DNA of 64,000 nucleotides, taken from Patellaria atrata CBS 101060 (Eukaryota). The stretch spans positions 758,666 through 822,665 of the forward strand of contig MU006098.1 in the NCBI GenBank assembly GCA_010093705.1, given 5' to 3'. A program made the translations under genes and the position numbers. Numbering within the stretch: position 1 is the stretch's first letter; each line of letters opens with the position of its first letter. Below the pieces are notes generated by a model. The model saw only the letters and a list, made by a program, of their open reading frames with translations, searched no databases and was not told where the DNA came from. Shown here piece by piece: positions 37,045 through 47,835 of this stretch.

Positions 37045-40000
37045 TTGATTGAACTTGTTGATTGCGCGTTTTCGGGCAATGTATGGGGTGTCATCTCAAT
37101 GTATATATTCATTCAAGCACTTAGTTTCTGCGGTGGTCAGCACGTCCTTAAGGTAGAGTCCAGCATCGCAGCTCAAAATCACAGCAAAATTTTCATGGAG
37201 AAGCTACTCCTGTTACGAAATGATGACATAGTCAAAATCTCACACTTAAAATTTGACATCTGCTTCATATGGCAGATCTAATCGCAAGTTGATATTTTAA
37301 TTCCAAGCCCGCATCGTACAAATTGGCTCTTTCTTTCTCCTCCTCCCTTAGTCGACTCTCTTTTACTCACATTGATAGAGTGTTTCCTTGACTGGATTGT
37401 TTCACAGGGGACCCACAATATCTAGTGATGGCCATAGACAATAATTTCATGAGCTTTATCTGATAGACGAAATGAGGGAGGATAGAATTGTTTTCACCCA
37501 GTGAAATAAATTCGAAATGCGTCATATCGACTTCCGGTTGTTATGGGATCTGGAAGCATCCGAATCATTAGATTCAGGCGCAAGGCTAGAGTATTGGGAT
37601 GCCTAACTTCTAATGTAGCTAGAGTGATAGGTGTCACCATGCACTTAGGAGATATTGGTGGTATGGTTAATTGAAAGCTAGAATCCAAGAAGAAAGTAAA
37701 GGAGAAAAGGTCAGAGGAATGATGAAATCAAGTGCTCTATCGAATCTGCAGTTGAAAGTTGAAGTTGATAATAGCTTGAAGCTAAGAATGAAAAGGCTAG
37801 TGTCTGATTACTAAGGTAAACTGTCTTCCATTGCTTTTGTCCCCTCTTCAATGAAAGATTGAAAGTCAACAACTCTTTGAGTGTCTATCTCATTGACAAC
37901 TACTGGTTCGCTATTAGAATCATCCTGGCATGAACTCAGGAGACGGAGTCTTCGGACCGGTGTTTGATGAACTTCAACCCTGTCAGTAAAGCTGCGCAAT
38001 ATGCATTCAATATGCTGCAAGCACTTTCGGAGACTATGATGACATGTATCCAAGCTTTTGTGAAGCCGTAGAACATGATATCTTCGGTACTTGGAGGTGA
38101 ACGTACGGTCAAAGTTCAGAGGCCACACTTGCCGAGTATTTCGCGGTCATAGAAGCTTTCCGGCCGATCATTACGGATGAAGACGGCGACTGGACCCAAC
38201 TGCGCGTTCAAAAGAACAAGGACTTGCCAAAAAACGGGTAATGGTCGAACAAAACAAGATGACTGTCAGCCTAGATCGCCATCGGTGTAGTTCATTGTTA
38301 CGGTATCAGCCTCAGATTCCGGACTTCTATCTACTTCTCAATGAAGATTTCGTTACGACCACCCCGAATACTTGGTGAGTAGAAGATCTGTCATAGTAAT
38401 ACGGCAAGTTGATCTGGTTATGGCCCTATAGAGCGTGTCGAAGTTAACTCCTCTCCTGCTATAATTTGAACTTCTCATGCCTCTGTTGCTATACACCTAT
38501 CGTACATTCACCACGGAAGCCTCAAGTTTGAAGTATTATTACCTCTTGAAGATATGTACGTTTTAGGTAGGCAACTTTTTCTACAGTATCGCGCACCAAC
38601 AGTACTTCTCTCGTTTCGTTCATCAGCTAAGCTCATGCAATCATTGGTTAAATCCAGTATAAGTCAATTTAGAGGGAACCAAACTTGGTGAAATTGAGCC
38701 GAAGAGGTTCAATGAAGTATAACAAATGATAATTATGTTTGTGTCGATATTTACGACTTTTCTGACTACTCCAGGACTCCCTTGATGTCCAATTTGTGTC
38801 GCTTTCACCATAACGCACTATCCATAACCGCTGAACCTCGTATTGTCATGCACATCTCTGAATCCTTATTAAGGAGAGTATACGACAAGGAAAATGATAC
38901 AGATCGTGGCTGAGATAAGGAATACCACGAAAATGCGGGCCCATTCATATAGTGCATGTGTGGAAAGCTGAAGCGTGGCGTCTTCCGAGTAGGAGTGGCC
39001 TATGTAAATGTTAGATATTGACGATAAATCTTAATATACCTAGGCGATTTACAATAAGCGTTTCCTGTGCAGGAATCGGTATTACTGTTGTACGGAGACC
39101 TTGAGGGTTTATCGAAATATGAGTATATTAAAGGCGCTGTATATAGTTAGGATATATTTCTTACGATAGAAAGAAATTAGAATCCTTACAGTTTCCGGTT
39201 GAGCTCTTCCTGGAGTAGATTGAAGACGCGGTTGTTTAGACATGATATCCTTTCGCGTTGATTTCCTCTCGTCACTGGCTTTAGCGTTTGTTCCTCTGGG
39301 GTATAGAATATATACGAGGGAATATACGTATAAAGGAAGGTAACGAAGGAAGGCTATGAAGGAAGGTAACGAAGATAAGAATGAAGGGAAAGCATGCTAA
39401 TTTATGTCATGTAGAATCGTTGATAAAATCCTAAGTGATGCTCAACTTGGGAAATTAACTAATGTTCTACATAGTTCGTCCGGAATTTTCTGCCTTAACG
39501 TGACTAGCGTTCCTCAGCTGTATATCTTATCATTTCTGCACAACATTATCAGGACTTAAATACGTTTTGGCATACATGGATGCATAGTCCGTCTTGAGAG
39601 CAAGCGTGCAGTAAGTTATGAAAGAATTCTGGGACGAGAAGGGCGATAAGCATAGAGGCTTCTTCTTAGTCTCTCGACTTTTCACTCAAATATATAGAAT
39701 TCTGATACAGGCTAGACATAAGTGATGCGTTTCTTTAGAGTTGCAACCTCACCGCGCTGAGAACCGCAGATACTGGCTTTAAAATTTGAAGTTGTTTATT
39801 CAGTTTCATTATCAGGAATTTGTTTTCAAGCTGGGTAAGTTCTCCATCCCTCTATCTTTTTCTCTTGCATCTTCGATGACCATAGAGGTGAAACAATCCT
39901 CGATTGAAAGCCATCAGGATATTTCACCCGCTTCAACTGAGCTGAGATCGGGTATCTAGAAAGATCCTCAGGATCACACCCAATATCAAAGTCATCCATC

Positions 40001-40900
40001 TCACCACCCTCTACATGACCCTTTGGGAATACTAGTTCGTTCAGGAACTCCATATTCCAGGTCTCTTTAATCATCTGGATACACAAGACCATAATGATGT
40101 ACAATTAGAAACGAGCCTAGAGCAAACTGGGTGCAGATACCCCCAGATTACAAACCACGTCGTCTTTCCAATATGCTCCACCTCTCATGACCATGAGCTT
40201 TGAGCTTAGCTGTTATACAGTGTTTTAATTGTCTCCGACAAGAGCATACAGATTGACCAGATAGTATGGTACAACTTATCATTTTGTAGACAACTGAATG
40301 TGTAAAGAAAGGTGAACTGGTAGTGTTTACGAGATCATAGTAACCCGTCGTACATAAAGCAGATATAAATGATACTTCAATGCCAACCATGAAATGGAGA
40401 GAAGAGTATGATGCCGTTCTCTGAACGTTTATGAGATGGAAGAACGTGCTCGTTATGATTCATGCCAACGACTGGCATATTTTAATTAAGCATGCAGAAA
40501 GGGTTGAAAATTGAGAAGGTGGACTATTTGGCTAAGTGTGGAAGAGGTGTGGTTAGGAGTTCCGGATTTTCAGGAGGGCGAGATTGGCGAAATAAAGTAG
40601 TGGAAGGCAATAAGAGATGCCCTCCCATAATTAGAACTATTACAGCGCCGCCCACTATAACAGACGTGTCCTATGCAATACAGATTAAACCAAGCCTTAC
40701 AAAATAACACACGCGCAACAAGGATCAAGTTCACTAATGGACGCCTCACCTACTTCCACTCAAGCAGCGGTAACATAACGCACACATAGTACCTCAACAC
40801 AGTTGAAATGATACGCCATGCTCAGGTGATCTCCCAATCCTTCCACTTCTCCATAAAGAGGCAATATCCGTCATCGAACCCTCTAGGACAAGAGTCTTGA

Positions 40901-43900
40901 CTAAGGAATCCCCACGCCGCCAGCAGTGACCGTCACAGTCAGAGCGTCTGAGCACGGCGTGTTCGCCGAAGTTGACGGCCTGCTTGTTATCGTGCTTGTA
41001 ATGAAAGTTGAAGTTACCGTGGTAGCTTGAATGTCTGATTAGTTGAGATACATAGGATAAGGATTGAAAGCGGAGTAAAGTCCGCAAGGGTGCACTCACA
41101 GGTAGGGATTGGAGTCGATGTCACTGTCGTCATAGTGGCTAGATTTACATATTAGTAAAGCTCGTTTAAGAGGAATAGGCCAAAGAGCAGTCAAGTCCTC
41201 CCATAAGAAAGACTGGACAGGATTTCCCACGTTATAACGTGGCCCATCACTGTACGCTCGCTTTCAAAGTGTCCCCCGACTCTCCTGCATACGACTGTCA
41301 ATAACGTATAGCTGCGGCCTAGTCATACATACGTCTTGACTGTACAGACATTTGGAGGCCATCCGCGATCAGGAGCTAAGAATCTGCGAACAACCGTCCA
41401 ACAAGCGTATAGTGGCTGGGGCGTTGCTAACAGCAATAAAGGGGTATCAAAAGTTTACTCACTAGTTGGGAAAGGAGTTGAAGTAACTGTGGTCGTAGTA
41501 GCTAAGTTTATGCATTAGCTTGCTCTCTAGGGGACTAATTTTCTAGTCGGCTATCGGTCTGAGTAATGAAAGATACTTACTTGTTGGGATAGGAGTAGAG
41601 GTGATTGTAGTAGTAGTGGCTAGGTTCACGCATTAGCCTCTTCTCCCCAGCATAGATAACATAAAGCGAGTGTATCTTTCGTGAGAAACAAAGTCCACAA
41701 GGATTCACGTACTGGTAGGAATAGGAGTTGAGGTAATGGTACTTGTGGAATAGATAACCGAAGTGCTGCTGGAGTTTGAACTCGAGCCAAAGCCTGAACC
41801 TGTATCTGATGTTGAACTGAAGGCAGAGGTTGAACTCGAAGCTGCTGCTGAGCTCGAAGTGGAGCTTGACGAGGAACTGGTCACGGAGGTCACTGTCGTG
41901 GAGTGTGTACGCTCGGACAAGGGAACAGCGATTGTTTGTGTGATCGTAACAGCCCCTAAAGAAAATTGTTAGTGATTTGGAAAGAGGAGAAGCATGTCTC
42001 GAGATTTGAGATCATACCGACTACAGTTACTGTAGCTGGCGGTGGAGTTTGGGTTACGGCGGGTCCGGGAACGGTCTGGGTGACAGCCCCTCCGGGTACG
42101 GTTAAAGTGACGGAGCCGCCGGGTACAGTGATGGTGGCAGCTGCTGGAGTTTGGGTTATAGCCGGTCCTGGGATTGTTATGGTGACAGAGCCGGCCGGAA
42201 TTGTCACGGTAGCCGCCGCGGGGGTCTGGGTCACGGCGGGTCCCGGGACAGTAACAGTAATGGAACCGGCAGGAATGGTAAGGGTAGCGGCTGCCAGCGT
42301 TTGGGTCACAACCGGCCCGGGAACTGTCTGGGTGACTGGGAAAGTCTGGGTTACGGGTTGACCCGGTACGGTCACAGTAATAGAGCCGCCGGCAAGAGTT
42401 TGGGTGATAGGTTGACCAGGAACAGTTTGAGTTATGGGTTGACCTATTGAGAGGTTGGCAAGGCGTTAGGACAAGCTTATTGGCACAAAATTCTCACCTT
42501 GAACTGTCTGTGTTTCAGCTTGCCCAGGAATTGTGACAGTAACATAGATAATTTGCGGGCCGGCCCCAGAGGTGCTAGAATAAGTAGAAGTAACCGTTGT
42601 CGAAGCTAACGCGGGATTAGTCTAAGGGTTTAGATGGTAGCTCGGGACAAAACTTACTAGTTGTAGCTGGAGAGAGAAGATCATATTAGCGACATTTTCA
42701 TAGGAAGGGTATGAAAAGTCTTAAGCGAGAATGTACTCACTCGTAGCAGGATAGGTTGTAGTTTTTGCTGTTTGAGCTCCATTAGAATTACATTGTTAAA
42801 GATGATATCAGGAAAACTTGCTGGTTGTTGTCGACGCGTAGGTCGTCGCTAGTTAGAATTAGCTTAGACCCAGAGTCTCATTCTCCAATAGCAAACTTAC
42901 TTGTGGTGGTTGGAACATAATTTGTGGCTATAGAAGTCTGATTAGCTTCGTTCTTGGTTGAAGAACTCTCGGAATGCCTTACTAGTGGTTGTAGGCGCAT
43001 ATGCTGTCGCTAAGAGGAAATTAGTCAGGCGTCATCTCCCCTATTCTGGTAGAGAACTTGCTCGTAATGGTTGGAACATAAGTCGTTGCTATAAAAACTT
43101 CATTAGAGTCATTTTTCGTGAAAGAGCTCTCAAGTAAACTTACTTGTCGTTGTGAGGATAAATGTTGTCGCTAAATAGAAGTTAGCCTATATTTCATCCT
43201 TGCTTCTCTGATGAGGAACTTACTCGTAGTTGTTGGGACATAACTCGTGGCTATTATGGTTGATTAGTTCTGTTTCTAGATTAGGAAGGGACAAACTTAC
43301 TGGTTGTTGTAGGGATAAATGTTGTCGCTGAGTAGAAATTAGCATAGATTTTTGACTCTCATTCTTCTACAGGGAACTTGCTCGTAGCGGTTGTATTGTA
43401 CGTGGTCGCTTCAAGCAAGAAGTCAGCCTTATCCTTTATTCAGGGAATTGAGAGGGACAAACTTGTAGCTATCGGAGAAGTCAGCGAATTTGATCCACCA
43501 AGTGTAATCGTGTAGACGCATGCTGAAAACAAGGGGAGAAGACAGCAATTAGTTTCTATTTTATGGGACGCGTGCTCATCTTGGACTCTACTCACTCGTC
43601 TGAGGATCCGGTGAAAGTCCAGTTGCTAATTCTAGATTTAGCACTCATTACCAAAAACAAGGTTGAAGTAGGACCAACTCGTCGTAGCTAGAATAAATGT
43701 CAACATACCAACACTTCCGTAATTCATACTAAATGTACTAACTTGTTATAGGGTCTGCAGCAGTTGCTTATCCTAAATTTAGCACACATTCTTGAGCAGG
43801 AGTCAAGTAGAACAAACTTGTTGTGGTAGTCGTCGTTGCTTTAGAAGTAGATCAGCTTTCAAATCAGGTGGGATCTATCATAGAAGGAGCCTCACAAGTT

Positions 43901-44550
43901 GTGGTTGTCGGAATTGCCGTAGCTGGATTTCGAAAGTCAGTCTACTTATGTACATCCAAGATTCAAGATCAACGAACTTGTGATTGTCGTAGATGTCGTA
44001 GTTGTTGCTGATATATTCCATTAGTACGTTATATTAATCTACGATGAAGGTTGTCTTCATCATGATGAAGAGGTTAAAAGATGAAAGACCTACTCGTAAA
44101 ACTTGGAATAGCAGCAACCTTGATAAATTTCATCAGGGAGTTGTTGATAGCGTAAGAGCTGGCTGACGTCGGAAACGCCGACTTTTGCTGGCAATTCATC
44201 GCACCAGGTGCGTTTCCGATCTGCCCACCTGCGCACTGGGAACCGCGAAGTGTGCAGTTGCCCGCACACTGTTCGAAATTGAGGCCGGGAAGATCTTGTA
44301 GAGTGCTGTGGCCCGTGATGTTATAACATTCCATATAGTATATCCCTCCCTGGGGTGGTGAGTAGTATTGGCCAGTGAATCCGGGACATGATTGTTGAGT
44401 CGTGACCTGTCTTTTTGCGAGGCTCAACAAGTGATTGTATCGTGCAACCTCTTGATGATATGGTGCTGCAGATACAACCCCGGCACAAAAGAGATACGCA
44501 AGTAAAGTTGGAAGCCAAAACTTCCACAGTGGACTTCGGGCGCCAATCAT
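40901..44550 (-). CDS. Secreted mucin-like protein (~642 aa): signal peptide, Kex2 KR site, six-Cys PAN/apple-like domain, micro-exon-encoded Thr-rich stalk; 25 exons
   Basis: Exons: 44550-44094, 44007-43978, 43922-43896, 43838-43818, 43766-43743, 43687-43679, 43625-43596, 43522-43463, 43408-43382, 43327-43301, 43250-43224, 43170-43144, 43088-43062, 43009-42983, 42927-42901, 42848-42822, 42767-42741, 42666-42658, 42605-42498, 42443-42018, 41955-41713, 41619-41581, 41501-41463, 41138-41100, 41025-40901. Junctions have GT/GC donors and YAG/AAG acceptors, mostly with a CTRAY-like branch site; the spliced frame stays open to TAG at 40901. Confidence 0.85.
42018..42443 (-). repeat. Coding tandem repeat (~24 aa, TVTVPGPAVTQTPAAATVTIPAGS-like) inside one exon
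   Basis: Visible in the translation of ORF 41956..42375. Confidence 0.8.
42741..43408 (-). repeat. Tandem array of nine 27-nt exon plus ~52-nt intron units
   Basis: Exons encode TTTYNTTAT, TTTFIPTTT, TTSYVPTTT, TTTFILTTT, TTTYVPTIT, TTAYAPTTT, TTNYVPTTT, TTTYASTTT and TKTTTYPAT; period 77-82 nt. Confidence 0.85.
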
Positions 44551-45461
44551 CTTGAACTGCAGAACAGAACGAGTGTACACGGTCAGAGGAAATAAAGTTG
44601 AGGGCTAATTGCACGGGATAATAGATGGACTATTTAAAAGGGAGTTCTTTAAACGAATGTATTGCGGACGGGTTAATAGCACGGAGCGAGTGTGGTGTCT
44701 CAAAGAGTGACAAGAGGTTGAACCTACATCTCAAGTGCTCGAAGATCGAGACATGCTTTAAACATATAATTGCAACTGTTGTCGCGCACTAGCGCGCTAG
44801 TTCTAGTGTAGGAAGCTGTTTACATGGTGTACGTGCGTGGAATGTGCAAAGAATGGGAGTGGAACCTCTTCGGGAAAATTTGGAATGGAAAGGAAATTTG
44901 ACTCTTGAACAGAAAAATAGAGAACAGAGATAAGAGTTCCCTCAGTAGTGACAAACAAGCAGAACCTAAAATGGTGTGATATCTTTTTGAACGTCATTAA
45001 TCGTGAAGCGCAAGTACATAATGATAGATACACATCTGTACCTGCTTTCATCTGTCAGTCGCCCAGTATAGGAGGGGAATAATGCGAAATACACGCGCAA
45101 ATATGGCCTATTATAAACAAGGATTCTTATTACTAAACTCCTGCTGCCTTCACTCGGATAGACCTTAGGTCATTACAGTATAAGGATCAACGTCGTGAGT
45201 TACCCAGCTGGCAATGGACGTTGAGCATAGTCAGGATATTATGTCGCGTAGAGCACCGATTGATAGAATCAACTTTCTAGCCCGAACATCACGCAATCAG
45301 GTTTGATCGCCATAGGTATTATTCACACTGGTAGAGCTTGCCGATGTAAGGCGACTACATTGCTTACCAGCCACCAGAGATTGGACCCTTATACTTGGGT
45401 CTCGAATTTGCCAGGAGTACATTCCTGCTTGTTGCTGTAGCAGCCGAATCCGTAAGGGATT

Positions 45462-46518
45462 TTACATTTTTGCTTCCCTGATCTTCATACTGTCTATGCG
45501 GCGACCCTCATCCGCCTGTTCGGCAACTGTCAAGTCTGGAAAACGTGCTGGCATAATTCTCCTTGGTGTCGTGCCCGGCACAAGACTATAATGGGAAAAG
45601 TCCCGCACGCTAACCTTGCGTAAGAAGTCTTCGTCGAGTTCGAGACAACCGTTAACTTGTTCTGCGGGGGCCTTGAGGATGGCTAGAATCGCATCTGAGA
45701 AGATAGTCTGAACTCTCATATTAGCTTAATGTTCGCAGAAGAGTTTGTGAGGCTCACCGCTTTCCGAAGATCCTTTTGGATGGCTGGATCAGCGGTTGCA
45801 GCAGACTGGATTGCAACGGCGGGCCAGATGCTGGTAATCGCCATGCCAGTTCTATTATCGCGCTCAAAATCCATACCGAGACCTTTAGTAAGTACAGACA
45901 TGCCCACCTTACCAATAGCGTACGCAGTCTTTCCTCTGAAGAACCTTGAATATATTGGCGGACTAACGACCACAATCCTACCTTTCCACTCATTCCTCCT
46001 CCACCACTTCAAACAGTTTTGCACAGTGGCGTAAAGTCCCTCTACATTGACCTTTTGCATAAGGTGAAATCTTTTCATCGGTGTGCTCTCCACAGATGCC
46101 CACCAGATCGCCCCAGAATTATACACAAGCACGTCCAGTCCGCCGTAAGTCTCAATTGTCTTCTGCACCATGCGTTCGATGCTGTCGGGATCTCGAACGT
46201 CGACCTGGACGGCAGTGGCTTCGTCACCGGCTTCGTGAATCTCGCGTGCGACGGTGGTGATGGTGGAATGTGAGGAATTGGGGTCTGGAGGAAAGGGATG
46301 GAAATGGTCAGTTTGAGAGGAGGTGGATTTTGCGGCTACGACAACTAGAGAATTGTTAGATATAGTATTATATCATTGAAGATAAAAGGTTTGAAATGCG
46401 AGCAATGTGAAGGAGTATACATACCCGCATACCCATCCTTTGCGAGATCAACCGCGACTTGCCTTCCTATGCCTCTTGACGCGCCAACAACTAGAGCAAC
46501 GCGTTTCTTTTCAGTCAT
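45462..46518 (-). CDS. HSDL2-like short-chain dehydrogenase, C-terminus AKM (PTS1-like)
   Basis: VVGASRGIG, VVAAKS, VYNSGAIWW, SPPIYSRFFRGKTAYAIGK (YxxxK) and SIWPAVAI; two introns. Confidence 0.88.
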
Positions 46519-46807
46519 CTTGCACTCTAATTCCAACTGAGGGGATAATTCCGATGTGTATTCAAGCTATCAATGCGTGAGTAGTATGCCAACGTGCAAC
46601 CTGGAAGTACAACCGACAACAGCATCACATCACCAATTCGAAGAGTTATACTCAGTGGATCAATACAGCGGACCAAGTCATCAGGGCGGTGATATGTGCC
46701 GCTCTTAAGCTATAATTGCTGTTTCCGATCACATTGGATGTCGAGCTTCAAGGTCTGGTGGATGGGATAATCTGATTACTGAACGCGATTACTGTACTTT
46801 TTAAATG

Positions 46808-46813
46808 CCTCGG
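46808..46813. promoter_or_regulatory. CCTCGG motif (FarA/FarB, Ctf1-type fatty-acid response element) in a bidirectional promoter
   Basis: Exact CCTCGG between two divergent genes with PTS1-like ends; a single 6-mer could occur by chance. Confidence 0.35.
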
Positions 46814-46954
46814 TTCACCGAAAAGGGAAAGAATCCCAACTGAAGGTCATCAGCAAATAAATGATGTTGAGCAAACTTCACCAGCTATCACGCAGTCAAA
46901 GCGAATTATTTATCAACATTATCTATTCGTAGTTACTTTTTAGGACATTTTGAA

Positions 46955-47835
46955 ATGGGGAGAAAGATAGAGGCCTACCTTGACTGCGTGTCCCCATACA
47001 GTTACTTCGCATTCCTACATCTGCAACGACATGAGGAAGTTCTCAGGAGTCATAACGTAGAAATCGAGTATGCAATGAATTATATCATATTGAAAGGAGA
47101 AAAGGCCATATCAAACTATGCTAACATAACCCGCAACCTCCAGATATATCCCCGTATTCCTAGGCGGTATCAATGTCGGAAGTGGTATGTTCATCCAACC
47201 AAAATATCAGCCAAAACCAGAGATTGATAAAATCGGATCAGGAAATAAACCCCCTTGGACACTACCAGCCAAAGGAAAGTACAGCTCCTACGACACTGCG
47301 CGGGCAAAGAAGTACTTCGGGGTGCCAAACCTGCGCACGCCGTCCTTCTTCCCAATCCTTTCTCTCCTCGTAAGAACCAACATTCACCCAGCTACAGTGT
47401 TGTTACAAATGTGCATTATATTCAATTAACCTGACTTAGCCACAACGATGCATGACCCATGTCAAACACGCCTTCCCCCAAATCTATGCGTCCAGTTTTG
47501 GTTCCCTCTGGGCCGCAATGTGGGAAGAGGGTTTAGACATTTCCAAACCCGAGCTGATGGCGCAAACCCTCAGACGTCACTTTTCCCCTATCCAGGTTGA
47601 GCAAGTCATGGAGGCCGCGGGGAGCAAAGAAGTCAAGGACGAGCTGCTGGCGACGACGAGGAGGTGTGTGGAAGAAGGTGCATTTGGATGCCCTTGGTTT
47701 ATGGTTACAAATGGAGAAGGTAAACGAGAGCCGTTCTTCGGAAGTGACAGGTGGGTGTTTATGTGGGAGTTCTTGGGGTTGGAGTGGAAGGATGTTGAAA
47801 TTTGTCCGGGGACGGAGCTAAAGTCGAAGATTTAG
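46955..47835 (+). CDS. Kappa-class glutathione transferase / HCCA isomerase (DsbA-like fold), C-terminus SKI (PTS1-like)
   Basis: YLDCVSPYSY, PVFLGGINVGS|GNKPPWTLPAK, GAFGCPWF and FFGSDRW; three introns. Confidence 0.9.

Noticed and set aside
41763..42450. Plus-strand ORFs 41763-41972, 41966-42361 and 42151-42450
   Set aside because: Antisense shadows of the Thr/Ser/Pro-rich minus-strand exons.
42741..43408. CRISPR-like periodicity (~80 nt)
   Set aside because: The recurring parts are splice signals and Thr codons in a eukaryotic gene; there are no identical direct repeats and no cas genes.
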